Virus record (IMG/VR): IMGVR_UViG_3300037869_000010
Location: 1 to 43,829 of that record
Direction: 5' to 3' (one strand)
DNA from: a virus
Taxonomy: Duplodnaviria > Caudoviricetes
DNA: 43,829 nt
Shown: piece by piece, positions 18,843 to 28,279 of the stretch
Position numbering within the stretch: position 1 is the stretch's first letter
Layout: every line of letters begins with the position of its first letter
Notes under the pieces: model-generated
Seen by the model: only the letters and a program-made list of their open reading frames with translations
The model's database searches: none
Told to the model about the DNA's origin: nothing
Position numbers and translations under genes: made by a program

Positions 18843-19262
18843 TTATTCACGCGAGGGCTTGCGCATGTGAGCGACGGCGATGGGAGAGCGGAAGCGCACG
18901 TCGGTGTAATCGAACTCGCGGCGGAAGGACGCGACCGATGCGTTGAACGATTGCTTGTCGAAACCGTAGTGCCTGGCCATCGATGCTTGTGATGCACACT
19001 GGAAATGATGTGGGTCGATGAGCCAGAGCACCACCACTGTGCGAAGGAAGCGGGCGCGAAGGATGCGCTTGTTGTCATCGGCGGTGCTGATACCGATGAC
19101 CCAGACCATGATGCGAGTCAGGCCGGCCACCATTGCCAGGCTCTCACGTGTCGCCTCGTCCTCATCCTTGAGACTGATCTGTGCAGCGGGCTTGAACTTG
19201 GTGGAGACACGGGGAAGCGGAATGAGTGAACCAATTCTTGCAGTGAGGTTGGATAGAGGCAT
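18843..19262 (-). CDS. HTH-containing protein, candidate late regulator
   Basis: SQASMARHYGFDKQSFN HTH-like segment; start set at ATG 19262, 17 nt below TTGACT. Confidence 0.5.
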   Translation of the reverse strand: MPLSNLTARIGSLIPLPRVSTKFKPAAQISLKDEDEATRESLAMVAGLTRIMVWVIGISTADDNKRILRARFLRTVVVLWLIDPHHFQCASQASMARHYGFDKQSFNASVASFRREFDYTDVRFRSPIAVAHMRKPSRE

Positions 19263-19374
19263 CCACACGTACGGTGTGGAGTCAATGGAAGCAGGCAGAC
19301 TCTTGAGAGCTCTATCCATCGTAATGCTCACACTGTAAGGGGTTGGACATGGCTATGTCTATGGGGTGTAAACC

Positions 19375-20328
19375 CTACTCGGGACACAAGGCTCGAAGAT
19401 ATTCACGGTTCAGCCATCCGACGCGATTTTTGACATCTTTGCGTTCTGAGCACTCGCGAGCAATTGACCAAACGACATGCGCCGCTTCGTAGATGCGACG
19501 CTTCCAACCCGCTTCAAACTCCTGGCTGATTGCCCCTCCGCTGGATTTCTGTAGTGCCTGCCAAATCTCTTCGGCTGTTCTCGAATCGAGCTCCCCGACG
19601 TCAAGTTGCTGCTGCGGTTGCCAGTATTGGTTCCGCATTCCGGAACCAGCTCGCTGTACATGCATGTCATGTTTTTTCTTTCCCCTACGGGGAACATGCA
19701 TGTCATGACCCCCCTTTCCCCCCTTGTCCAAAGGTGGGTGTCCATCGCGCCACATTTTGTCAGCGGCAACAACATCGCCAGACTGACAAAGCCTCAGGTA
19801 TTCAGCCTGATCCCAAGGTTTCGACGTTTCGTTCGGGTTGGTTCCCGGTTCGGGAACCTGATCCAGATTCTGGATCCAACTCTCTGACGAGACCTCGGCC
19901 AGAGCCTCGAGGAGATTCGGCTCAGGCGGCAACAGGTCTCTCTGCACCTGGGCGGTCAACGCATCCACGTTGCCGTGGAACTTCATCCACGCAGCCCGGG
20001 AATAAAGCCAGCCGACATCCCAGGCACTGCTATCGGGCAGCAGGACAAACTCAGTCCCGCCATCGGCCAATGACACGATCTGGATCAACCGCATTTTGGC
20101 CAACTGCCGCAGATTGGTCGACAGGTGCCCTCTGTGCATCCCAGCGACCTCTTCCATCTCTTCCAGCCGGCTCACCCGCATCCGCAAGCGGCGTTTCATG
20201 ACCGTCGCCCAAAAAATGATTTGCATCAGCCGGCGTTGGTGCGAGGTCAGATCCGCGCGGTCGAATTCCATGCGTACCCGCGCGGCCATCCTCACCCAGT
20301 AGATGCTTTCTAAAGGTTCATCATTCAC
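19375..20328 (-). CDS. putative replication initiator-like protein
   Basis: N-terminal wHTH-like region (EVAGMHRGHLSTNLRQLAKMRLI), low-complexity linker with DNA repeats, C-terminal KNRVGWL. Confidence 0.5.
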   Translation of the reverse strand: MNDEPLESIYWVRMAARVRMEFDRADLTSHQRRLMQIIFWATVMKRRLRMRVSRLEEMEEVAGMHRGHLSTNLRQLAKMRLIQIVSLADGGTEFVLLPDSSAWDVGWLYSRAAWMKFHGNVDALTAQVQRDLLPPEPNLLEALAEVSSESWIQNLDQVPEPGTNPNETSKPWDQAEYLRLCQSGDVVAADKMWRDGHPPLDKGGKGGHDMHVPRRGKKKHDMHVQRAGSGMRNQYWQPQQQLDVGELDSRTAEEIWQALQKSSGGAISQEFEAGWKRRIYEAAHVVWSIARECSERKDVKNRVGWLNREYLRALCPE

Positions 20329-20600
20329 GTTGCGGACGCCTTTGCCGTTCTTCCCGCAACGACAGCACGAGCCTCAGGTCCGTAATGTTCTGTAGTCCCG
20401 CCATAGTCCACGTTTTGTCGTCTCAGGCGCAATTGGCGTCCGGAGACCGGATCCCGCCGCGTCCAAAACCTTGCTTTTTGTGGCATATCGCGATAAGCGC
20501 ATTAGGCCACGTGTGAGAAATGTGACTTACGATCAGGAGGTTTCGACTACCGTTGAGTTGCATCTCGCTCGGCAGTCAACCAGTTGTGACCCGTGTGTTT

Positions 20601-21908
20601 TCATCCGCTTGTTTCAGGGACCGCTAATAGTCCCGCTTTTGGTTCGAGTTTCAGTTCCACGATCTTTTGTCCTTCCCCCACGAAATCCAGTTCGCGGGTC
20701 GCGCCCGGTTTCCATCTGTGCCAGGCCGGCGCTGCGTTGGCTGGCCAGTATCTGATTTTCTGAAGGCCATCCCAATTGGGCGGACGGCCTCCGTACACTT
20801 GCTCGAGTAACGCCAGGCTGGTTATGCCAAGCTTGGCGGCGATCTGCGCTTCGGTGTCGCCGTCGCCTCGACAGCGGGTGACGAAGTAACTGCGCAAACC
20901 GTGGCTGGTGCGCTTGGGCAGGCCGAGAGCTGCGCAAGCGCGGCGGAGGGCAAAGTTGAGCGCGCCTTTGACCAGGGGAGCCACTACCAACGGTTGACGG
21001 GTGAGCGCCCGACCGGGGAACCACCACGGGTTGCCCGCGTGATTTGCGGTGTGCCACGCGCGCCAACACTCGATAAAATCCGCCAGCTCGGAATTGATGA
21101 GCACGTGAGGATTGATCCCGCGTTTGCTGCGCGCCAGAAATAAATGGTTCCCTTGGATGAACCCGGGCTCATCGGTATTGCGGGCATCGGTGCGCAGCCG
21201 GAGCGCCTCGCAGGTCCGGCAGCCGGTGAACGCTTCGAAGAGCATCTGAAACCCGATTGGTTGGCTTGGCCTTTCGGCGAAGAAATACTGAGCGAGCAAA
21301 TTGAGCTCGTTGCCATCGGCCGGCGCGAACTCCCGGCAATGCGCTATGCGCACCGCGGTGCTTGAGGGCCCGGGATTATTGGCGCGCAGGCGGGGGCGCT
21401 TGCGTCCGATGTAGTTGAAATCCACGATCCCGCAATCCACGGCGAAGTTGATGACGTTGGACAGCGTGCACCAATCCATTTCCGTGGTGCGCAAGCCGGT
21501 GCCTTTGGAGACCTGTTTGACCCGCCAGTTGCGGTACTCGTATAGGCTTTGGCGTTTGATGTCTTCGATTAACCACTTGCCGTAGAACTTGAGGATGAAC
21601 TCCAGGCGCTGCGCCTCACGCTCGACAAACTCCTCATTGCGCGCGTCGCCACGTGAGTTGGGGCAATTGGCCTCGAGGTAAAGCTTGGCGACGCTGGCGA
21701 ACTCTTTGCCGCGCGCGAAGGGACTGCGGCATTCGCCGGAGAGAGAGTGGCGATGGGCGCCGAGCAGATCGGCCGCTTCCTGTCTGGCAAACTTCAAGAC
21801 CGTGGCGGCCAGCTTGTACCAGGTCCGTTTCCCGGCGATTGCGAAGCGGATAAAATAACAACCCCGTTCGTCCTGGTAGAGTCGGTCTCCTATGGCGGTG
21901 GCTTTCAC
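20601..21908 (-). CDS. int: phage tyrosine integrase
   Basis: TGCRTCEAL (R), RSKRG (K), HGLRSYF (HxxR), LG..SLALLEQVY (Y); N-terminal arm-binding-like segment. Confidence 0.85.
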   Translation of the reverse strand: MKATAIGDRLYQDERGCYFIRFAIAGKRTWYKLAATVLKFARQEAADLLGAHRHSLSGECRSPFARGKEFASVAKLYLEANCPNSRGDARNEEFVEREAQRLEFILKFYGKWLIEDIKRQSLYEYRNWRVKQVSKGTGLRTTEMDWCTLSNVINFAVDCGIVDFNYIGRKRPRLRANNPGPSSTAVRIAHCREFAPADGNELNLLAQYFFAERPSQPIGFQMLFEAFTGCRTCEALRLRTDARNTDEPGFIQGNHLFLARSKRGINPHVLINSELADFIECWRAWHTANHAGNPWWFPGRALTRQPLVVAPLVKGALNFALRRACAALGLPKRTSHGLRSYFVTRCRGDGDTEAQIAAKLGITSLALLEQVYGGRPPNWDGLQKIRYWPANAAPAWHRWKPGATRELDFVGEGQKIVELKLEPKAGLLAVPETSG

Positions 21909-22150
21909 GCGAGGTGCTTTTTGAATTCTGCGGGCACGGTCTGGGCGATGCGTCTGAGTTCCTCGGTCAGGCGCCGGCGTTGCTGGGTCAGTTTGGTAAC
22001 GGTCAGCTCAAGCGCGTGGAGTTTAATGAGCACCGTGGCTCGCTCGTTCCAAATCACGTAAAACTCATCCAGCTCGGGACAGGCACGCACCGCGGCCTGG
22101 AATTCCTCCCATTCCGCGCGCGCTTCTTCCTGCGTCATCAGTGCGCTCAT
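21905..22150 (-). CDS. small coiled-coil hypothetical protein
   Basis: ATG 22150 overlaps the upstream stop; its own stop overlaps the int start. Confidence 0.6.
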   Translation of the reverse strand: MSALMTQEEARAEWEEFQAAVRACPELDEFYVIWNERATVLIKLHALELTVTKLTQQRRRLTEELRRIAQTVPAEFKKHLA

Positions 22151-22806
22151 TTTATCGCCACGGCGTTGGTTGCTTTGACGGGCGCCGGGTTCTTCACCAA
22201 CGCTTTGGTTTCCTCGCTGAATTCGACGCCGTAGTCGTACGCCGGAATGGTTTGATCTCCGAACTGGAAAGGCATCACGCGCATGACGAGCAGGTTCTGG
22301 GGCGAGATGCGTTCCCCCACGGTTAAAAGCTCGCCACCGGGGAAATTGCGCACGAAACACCGCCCGGCTGGCAGGACGTCCGTTCGCGTCATGACCGAGG
22401 TTCTATAAGCCTGGTCGATTTCCAGTTCATAGCGGCTGGGCCGGTAAACCCTCCTGGACAACGAACTTTCACCAACCAGTTCACGGACCACCTGCTCGGG
22501 CATGGTGAACACAACACCATCAGGTAAAACCTGGCCCACAGACATCGGCGCTTGGGGAATCAACCGCGCCCACCGGGCTGAGTGGACGATGTTGTAAAGC
22601 TGTCCCTCGACGATGCGCAGTTGCCATGCCGGTGCCGGCGGTGCCTTGATAAGATACTTAGGCGGCTCGACGGGCGGCGAGCGGGGCGGCACCGGGAAAC
22701 CGTAACGGCCGCCCACTTCACCCAGGCGCGTGCCATAGATGCGGCCCGAGGCCGAGAAAGCCGACTGGCACAGAGTGCAGAGACTGAGGATGAGGAGAAG
22801 TTTCAT
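22147..22806 (-). CDS. secreted hypothetical protein in the lysogeny operon
   Basis: Signal peptide MKLLLILSLCTLCQSAFSA. Confidence 0.65.
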   Translation of the reverse strand: MKLLLILSLCTLCQSAFSASGRIYGTRLGEVGGRYGFPVPPRSPPVEPPKYLIKAPPAPAWQLRIVEGQLYNIVHSARWARLIPQAPMSVGQVLPDGVVFTMPEQVVRELVGESSLSRRVYRPSRYELEIDQAYRTSVMTRTDVLPAGRCFVRNFPGGELLTVGERISPQNLLVMRVMPFQFGDQTIPAYDYGVEFSEETKALVKNPAPVKATNAVAIK

Positions 22807-23063
22807 GAGCTGTTTTTAATTCGTTTGGTCAAGTTGACAGCCCTGTGATTTATCGGAGGTAAGGCGAAGGGGATTAGCTTTTGCCGCGAGATCGTCCACT
22901 TGTGTGCCAGTGTCCGATATTGCGCCAACGGACTTTTGCACGGGACAGTCCGCCCGCGCCAACGGCCAATGCACGCCGAAGATTTTTGGACACGGAAAAT
23001 AGTGGGCACTCCGGTTGCTGGCCATTGGGCCATGACTGTCAAGGTTGGAAAGCTCGTGTTCAT
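22803..23063 (-). CDS. hypothetical protein
   Basis: Fills the gap after the repressor; ATGA overlap with the next gene. Confidence 0.35.
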   Translation of the reverse strand: MNTSFPTLTVMAQWPATGVPTIFRVQKSSACIGRWRGRTVPCKSPLAQYRTLAHKWTISRQKLIPFALPPINHRAVNLTKRIKNSS

Positions 23064-23074
23064 CTCGCCGAAGG

Positions 23075-23392
23075 TTATGAAGCTTTTGAAGACCCGACAG
23101 ACGCGCCTGGGTCGTAACGGCCGGGACTCGCCTTGCGCTTAGTTGGTTTGACAGGCGCCACCGCCGGTAAATTTTCTTTCCGCTCGCTCGGCGGAAAAGC
23201 GTCCCCAATTGATTCCTTCTCCGCTGCTTCCAAGTCCCGCAAGGCCAGGTAACGCAGATAGCCACTGATCGTCTGCTGGCGCGAGTGTGCCCGTGCTCTG
23301 ATCTGCGCTAATAATTCGACATCGATGCTGATGGCGATTTGGGTTTGCCCTGGGCTGCGGTTTCTTTTTCTTTTTCTCGGGTCATTGGGCAC
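23075..23392 (-). CDS. ribbon-helix-helix regulator (repressor position)
   Basis: TQIAISIDVELLAQIRARA..TISGYLRYLA RHH pattern. Confidence 0.7.
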   Translation of the reverse strand: MPNDPRKRKRNRSPGQTQIAISIDVELLAQIRARAHSRQQTISGYLRYLALRDLEAAEKESIGDAFPPSERKENLPAVAPVKPTKRKASPGRYDPGASVGSSKAS

Positions 23393-23398
23393 GCGCCT

Positions 23399-23427
23399 AC
23401 AAGACCACGCCTCCCAATAGCTGTCAA
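23399..23427 (-). promoter_or_regulatory. sigma70-like leftward promoter
   Basis: TTGACA-17-TCTTGT with TGn extension, 6 nt before the GTG start; the -10 box is weak. Confidence 0.4.
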
Positions 23428-23458
23428 CATGAAATCGTATATTTGATATGATTGCACA

Positions 23459-23486
23459 TTGACAATCATAGGTGGCGTGATACGCT
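23459..23486 (+). promoter_or_regulatory. sigma70-like rightward (early) promoter
   Basis: TTGACA-16-TACGCT with TGn extension; ATG 7 nt downstream (leaderless). Confidence 0.65.
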
Positions 23487-23493
23487 CTTATTC

Positions 23494-23670
23494 ATGCCAA
23501 GCACCAAAAAACAAGCGAGGAAATTCAAATCCGTCTCCATCAATCTTGAAGAAGGCGAGGTTCCGAGGGTTCTGGACCGCGTTCGCAAGCAAGACATCAC
23601 TGTGAGCCAATACTTTCGGCGGCTCGTCAAAGAAGACCTCAAACGTTCCGAACAGGAAGTCGCCGCCTGA
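23494..23670 (+). CDS. ribbon-helix-helix regulator (Cro position)
   Basis: KSVSINLEE..VLDRVRKQDITVSQYFRRLV RHH pattern; start at ATG 23494. Confidence 0.7.
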   Translation: MPSTKKQARKFKSVSINLEEGEVPRVLDRVRKQDITVSQYFRRLVKEDLKRSEQEVAA

Positions 23671-23701
23671 CCATTCACCGGCTTTTCGCCGGGTTATTCA
23701 C

Positions 23702-24013
23702 ATGCCACCAACCAGCATATTCACCTGTCCTGCGCAGGGCGAAGGACGGAGGGCGACTGGAGGACAGGAGGCGACCGTATTCTACGTCTCTGCCCTCCGT
23801 CCTCCGCGCCAGGGCCTCTGTTCTGCGTGCGGCAATTTGATTTTGCATCACGGTGACGCGACGCGGTGCCTGGCGTGCGTCGAGATCGCCCGCCGCAGGC
23901 CCGTGGCTTACCCAAGACAGATCCAACAGGAGGCAGCAGAGGTAGCAGAGGGGAAAGGTGAATTTGATTTCTCTGCTCTCTCTGCTGCCTCCTGTTCAAT
24001 CATCCGGTCATGA
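23702..24013 (+). CDS. Cys-rich hypothetical protein with a family D C-terminus
   Basis: CSAC and CLAC pairs; ATGA overlap with the next gene. Confidence 0.5.
   Translation: MPPTSIFTCPAQGEGRRATGGQEATVFYVSALRPPRQGLCSACGNLILHHGDATRCLACVEIARRRPVAYPRQIQQEAAEVAEGKGEFDFSALSAASCSIIRS
23921..24000. repeat. family D element
   Basis: AACAGGAGGCAGCAGAGGTAGCAGAG ... CTCTGCTCTCTCTGCTGCCTCCTGTT. Confidence 0.9.
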
Positions 24014-24219
24014 CCGACGTCAAAAAATCGATCCGGCGCCGGACGCTCGGCGAATTCATGCATTACAAGAAACGGATCGTCGTCATCATTGGTCCGGGGG
24101 ACGTCATCGGGATGCACCTCGAGCGCTCGCGGACGATTTACCGGGCGCCCATCAGCAAGCTCTACACGGCCATGGCCCAGTGGCACGCGGACGGCGTGAG
24201 CTGGGCGAAAGAGCAATGA
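24010..24219 (+). CDS. hypothetical protein
   Basis: 69 aa, translationally coupled at both ends. Confidence 0.65.
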   Translation: MTDVKKSIRRRTLGEFMHYKKRIVVIIGPGDVIGMHLERSRTIYRAPISKLYTAMAQWHADGVSWAKEQ

Positions 24220-24243
24220 ACCGGCGAATCGGCGAGGCGAGAC

Positions 24244-24322
24244 GGAGCGCGGCGTTCACGCCGCTTCAACTCGCGAATGCTAATGGCGGTCGGACGCTGA
24301 AGCGGCGTGAACGCCGCGCTCC
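24244..24322. repeat. 79-bp family B element, preceded by family G units at 24218-24238
   Basis: Exact arms. Confidence 0.92.
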
Positions 24323-24334
24323 GCTGCACATGCC

Positions 24335-24520
24335 ATGAGCGATCCCGAATTAGTGCGGCTCCAAATGGAGCTGTTGAATCAGATTCTCAATCACATCGAG
24401 CAATTGTACTGGCTGATGATCGTCCAACTGACCTTGAGTTTTGTGATCGGCTACGTGGTCATCCCGCGGCGGTGCAAAGGCGAGATGGAGAACTGGCGAA
24501 TCGGCGAATCGGCGAAGTAA
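24335..24520 (+). CDS. small membrane protein
   Basis: One TM segment; C-terminus encoded by family G units. Confidence 0.55.
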   Translation: MSDPELVRLQMELLNQILNHIEQLYWLMIVQLTLSFVIGYVVIPRRCKGEMENWRIGESAK

Positions 24521-25759
24521 ATGCAAACCCACCTTTTCCCCGTCCCTGGCAAAGACGAACCGGCGAACCGGCGAACCGGCGAATCGGCAAGGTCCGGGAT
24601 CTGGCCGCAACCGGCGCGCATTGGCGAAAGCAATTTTGTGCACAAATCGCTTTCGAATTGGAATTTCAACATCGCTGTTGGGTGCACTCATGGCTGTCGG
24701 TTTTGCTACGTCCCCTCGCTCCTGAGAGGCAGGATGAGCGAAACGATGGCCGATTATGGCGTCGCGGATCCGGACGCCGATTGGGGCAAATACGTTTTGT
24801 TGAGACGGTGGGACCGCGACATTTTCCTGCACTCGCTCGGCAAAGCCGAGTTGACGGACCCGACGACACTCGAGAGCGGGGGAAACCGAGCGGTGATCTA
24901 TTGTAGCACGACCGATCCTTACCAGACGTTCAGAGGTCAGAAGCCAGAGGTCAGAGGTCAGAGGTCGGAGGACGGAGAACAGAAGGAGAATAAGTTGCAC
25001 CACGAAGCGCGGGGGATGGTGCGTGAGTCGCTAGAGCTGATCCGCGATTACTCGACGCTCAACGTGCGCATCCTCACGCGCAGCCCGATGGCAGTCCTGG
25101 ACTTCGACCTGTTCAAATCGTTCGGGCCGCGGCTGATGTTCGGGATGAGCTTGCCGACGCTCAACGATCGGCTCGCGCAGATTTACGAGCCGCACGCGCC
25201 CAGCCCGAGCGCGCGGCTTCGTTGTCTCGAGCGCGCAGCGCAATACGGGCTGAACACGTTCGTGGCAGTGGCGCCGATGTATCCGGAGATCGGGCGGATG
25301 GATTTGGAGCGGACGCTGTCGGCCATCACCGGAATTCAACAGGAGAAAGCAGAGAGAGCAGAGGGAAGACAAGCTCCAAGCTCCAAACCTTCTTCTCCGC
25401 TATCTCCGCTTCCTCCTGTTGGATCTTCTGGTCCTTTGACCATCTTCGCCGAGCCGATCAACATCCGGGCGGAGAACGTGGCGCGCATCGCGACGCACGC
25501 GGACCGCCTCGGGCTCAAAATGCGCGTCGAAGTCTTCGAGTCGCGGCGCGCGTGGGAAGAATACGCAATCGGTCAGTTGCAGTTAATCGAGCAGGTCGCC
25601 GGCGAATTGGGCCTCGCCGAGCGGCTCCATCTTTGGCCGGACCACACTTTGGGCAGCCGCCACACGAGCGAGCGGCAGCCGGACCCGGCGGCGTACATGC
25701 GCTGGATCACCGGGTGGTGGGTGCGGAAGAGCGAGTGGCCCAGCACGTTCCAGTCATGA
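24521..25759 (+). CDS. radical SAM protein, spore-photoproduct-lyase-like family
   Basis: GCTHGCRFCY, STTDPYQ, RILTRS and EP.APSP..RL motifs; three repeat-derived segments. Confidence 0.85.
   Translation: MQTHLFPVPGKDEPANRRTGESARSGIWPQPARIGESNFVHKSLSNWNFNIAVGCTHGCRFCYVPSLLRGRMSETMADYGVADPDADWGKYVLLRRWDRDIFLHSLGKAELTDPTTLESGGNRAVIYCSTTDPYQTFRGQKPEVRGQRSEDGEQKENKLHHEARGMVRESLELIRDYSTLNVRILTRSPMAVLDFDLFKSFGPRLMFGMSLPTLNDRLAQIYEPHAPSPSARLRCLERAAQYGLNTFVAVAPMYPEIGRMDLERTLSAITGIQQEKAERAEGRQAPSSKPSSPLSPLPPVGSSGPLTIFAEPINIRAENVARIATHADRLGLKMRVEVFESRRAWEEYAIGQLQLIEQVAGELGLAERLHLWPDHTLGSRHTSERQPDPAAYMRWITGWWVRKSEWPSTFQS
24930..24969. repeat. family H tandem heptamers in frame in the radical SAM gene
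   Basis: CAGAGGT units encoding RGQKPEVRGQRSE. Confidence 0.85.
25334..25424. repeat. family D element, with nested AAGCTCC units, in frame in the radical SAM gene
   Basis: Encodes IQQEKAERAEGRQAPSSKPSSPLSPLPPVG. Confidence 0.9.
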
Positions 25760-26037
25760 GCGACACCGACCCCATGGCCATCGTCGCGTTGCTGCGCGAG
25801 GAAATGCGCAAGGGCCTCGAAGAGATCCTCAACGAGGTTGCCCGCCAGCACAGTCCCTGGATGAACGCGAACAGCGCGGCGCGCTACGCCGACTGTGACC
25901 CGAGCACCATCCACAAAGCCGCGGCCAAGGGGATCATCACGCGCTACGACCAGTTCACCGGCCCGCGCTTCAGGCGGGACGAGATCGACGCGGCGCTGCA
26001 GGGGAAGAAGCTGAAAAGCAAGAAACCCCAGAAATGA
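25756..26037 (+). CDS. excisionase-like HTH protein
   Basis: WMNANSAARYADCDPSTIHK..RFRRDEIDA pattern; ATGA overlap at 25756. Confidence 0.7.
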   Translation: MSDTDPMAIVALLREEMRKGLEEILNEVARQHSPWMNANSAARYADCDPSTIHKAAAKGIITRYDQFTGPRFRRDEIDAALQGKKLKSKKPQK

Positions 26038-26288
26038 CCAACGACGAAATCAGTAGAGACGTCACGGACGCCATGCGGTTCCTGCGCACATGCGGGAGCG
26101 ACTGCGGCCCCCGCCAGGCGGACGCCATCCAACGATTGCTGTCCAGGATGCGCAAGCAGGACGACGCCATCCACCGCCTCAAAGCGACCCTCGACGAAGT
26201 CGTGCAAGACATCCCGCCGATCGAACCTCGCTGTGTGGACCCGCGCATTGCTCACCACCCAGAGATGCTCAAACACCCGAAGCGATGA
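26034..26288 (+). CDS. hypothetical protein
   Basis: 84 aa, ATGA-coupled. Confidence 0.6.
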   Translation: MTNDEISRDVTDAMRFLRTCGSDCGPRQADAIQRLLSRMRKQDDAIHRLKATLDEVVQDIPPIEPRCVDPRIAHHPEMLKHPKR

Positions 26289-26291
26289 AAA

Positions 26292-26386
26292 GAGCGTTGG
26301 CGCGTTGGAGCGTTGGAGCGTCAGAGCGTGCTGGCGCTTTTTCGAGGCCACGCTTCCGACGCTCCCACGCTCGGACGCTCCTGACG
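26292..26386. repeat. family E element
   Basis: GGAGCGTT/C units around core AGCGTGCTGGCGCTTTTTCGAGGCCACGCT. Confidence 0.85.
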
Positions 26387-26394
26387 CCCCCCCC

Positions 26395-27999
26395 ATGACC
26401 ATCAACCCCAAGCTTTACGGTGCCCGCGGCGACGGGCGGACCAATGACACGCCGGCGTTCCTGCGCGCGCTCGAGGCGCTGCGGGCCGCGGGCGGGGGCA
26501 CGTTGCGAATGCCGGCCGGCAAATATCTCCTGGAAAAAAGCGATGACGGTTACGCCCGCGAAGAGTACGAAGTCACCACCAACTCCGCGTTAGTCGTCGA
26601 TTTCGGCAACCTGGTTCTCCAGGGCGATGGCATGGGCCTGACCGTGCTCGAGGCTGCCAGCCCGACCACCACGCTGCTATTGGTCTCCGGACCGGACCTG
26701 CGCAACATTTGCCTGCGCGACCTGACTTTCGAGCAGCCCGACGCCGCGGCGGACTACGCGAACACTCAGACCGCGCGGACGCTCAGGGCGTCGGAGCGTC
26801 CGAGCGTCCGAGCGTCCGAGCGTGCTGGCGCTTTTTCGGAGCCACGCTCCGACGCTCCGACGCTCCGACGCTCTGACGCTGCCCCGGACGCCCTCAACTA
26901 CATCGACCAGGGCTGGACCCTCGGCACGATGATCTACCTCGAGGGCCGCGCCGGGCAGGCCATCAGCAACATCTCCATCACCAGGTGCGAACTGCGCAAC
27001 CCTGTCCGTCACGCCATCTGCCTGGCCTGGGCGAAGAACGTGCGCATCACCGACAACCTGTTCGCCTATTATGACGGATTTATTCCGCCCCAATATTCCG
27101 GGCACGCGAGCGGCGCCGGCCGGTGCGGCATCTTTGGCGGGGCGCCCTCCGTGCACGACGTCTTGATCAGCGGCAACAATTTCAACGGGAACGTCAGCGG
27201 CAAATGTCCCGTCGGCTCGAGCGCGACCGGATACGCGTACTGCGCCGCTGATGGTTTCGTGTGGCTGAGCCGCGGCGGCGGCGTGAACGTGGAAAACAAC
27301 ACCATCCGCAATTACGGTCTCGAAGCGATCCAACTCTCGGCCGCGCCCGCGCGCGTGCAGAACAACCAGTTTTACACCGAGACCGACACCCCGGGCGCCG
27401 TCGCGTGCTACGCCTATCCCTGTTCCCCGCGCGAGGACGACATCGAGCGCCCGCTCTTCACCTTCAGCGGCAACCAGGTTTACGGCGGGGGCGGCGGCTT
27501 ATGGACAAAAGGTCCGGCGCTGGTTTACACGAGCGAACTGCCCACGCCGCGCTGCCGGCTGATGGCCACGGGCAACATCTTCGAGAAGGTGGACGTCGTC
27601 TTCGCCGCGCTGAGCGCGGACGCATTCGTATGCTCGAACAACGTCGCGAGCGATTGCCGGCAATTCGTGTGTTACAACATCGGCCCGCTCGATGAGATGC
27701 ATCCGCGGCTGGATTTCCGGTGCCGCTACCTGAGCTTCATCGGCAACATCATCAACCGGTGCACAGACGTGCCGTTGCTTTTCAACGGGACCTTGGCGGA
27801 CGCCGGCGTGCTCGTGTTGATCGGCAACACCGTTGCGCGGGGCAATTACCACCTGGTGCTTGGCTATCCCAAGGAAGGGGAGACCTATACCGTAGTGGCC
27901 AAGGACAACGTCTGGGTCGCGCCCGACGGCAAGTTGGAAGCGGCGCCGGCGATCGCTTACACGCCGCTGCCGGCGTCCATCAAGTTCAGCCATGAGTGA
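26395..27999 (+). CDS. pectate-lyase-3-like beta-helix protein
   Basis: INPKLYGARGDGRTNDTPAF..GGGTLRMPAGKY signature; start at ATG 26395. Confidence 0.8.
   Translation: MTINPKLYGARGDGRTNDTPAFLRALEALRAAGGGTLRMPAGKYLLEKSDDGYAREEYEVTTNSALVVDFGNLVLQGDGMGLTVLEAASPTTTLLLVSGPDLRNICLRDLTFEQPDAAADYANTQTARTLRASERPSVRASERAGAFSEPRSDAPTLRRSDAAPDALNYIDQGWTLGTMIYLEGRAGQAISNISITRCELRNPVRHAICLAWAKNVRITDNLFAYYDGFIPPQYSGHASGAGRCGIFGGAPSVHDVLISGNNFNGNVSGKCPVGSSATGYAYCAADGFVWLSRGGGVNVENNTIRNYGLEAIQLSAAPARVQNNQFYTETDTPGAVACYAYPCSPREDDIERPLFTFSGNQVYGGGGGLWTKGPALVYTSELPTPRCRLMATGNIFEKVDVVFAALSADAFVCSNNVASDCRQFVCYNIGPLDEMHPRLDFRCRYLSFIGNIINRCTDVPLLFNGTLADAGVLVLIGNTVARGNYHLVLGYPKEGETYTVVAKDNVWVAPDGKLEAAPAIAYTPLPASIKFSHE
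26787..26880. repeat. family E element in frame within the beta-helix gene
   Basis: Same core as the 26292 and 40707 copies; encodes ASERPSVRASERAGAFSEPRSDAPTLRRSDA. Confidence 0.88.
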
Positions 28000-28279
28000 C
28001 ACGGCGAATCTCCATCCGCTGCCGCCGAGCAAATGCCCAACGTGCGGCTATGAGATGGATACGGTGCAGTGCTTCTATGACAAAGCGGCCCGCCCGGCGC
28101 CGGGCGACATCACTCTGTGCATGAAGTGTGGCGATCCACTCACCTTCACTGAGCAACTGACTCTACGAGCTGCGGACCTCAAAGACATGCTCGTACTAAA
28201 CGCCGACGCGGAGGCGAGCTGGCAGTTTAGGCGGACACAAAGCGCCATCCGCCGTTTACGGCCGCTTGAGAAGGAATGA
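27992..28279 (+). CDS. zinc-ribbon hypothetical protein
   Basis: CPTC and CMKC pairs. Confidence 0.6.
   Translation: MSDTANLHPLPPSKCPTCGYEMDTVQCFYDKAARPAPGDITLCMKCGDPLTFTEQLTLRAADLKDMLVLNADAEASWQFRRTQSAIRRLRPLEKE

Noticed and set aside
20329-20660. tRNA gene or tRNA-derived att core
   Set aside because: GTTCGA-like words occur but I could not build a cloverleaf; no RNA gene is supported
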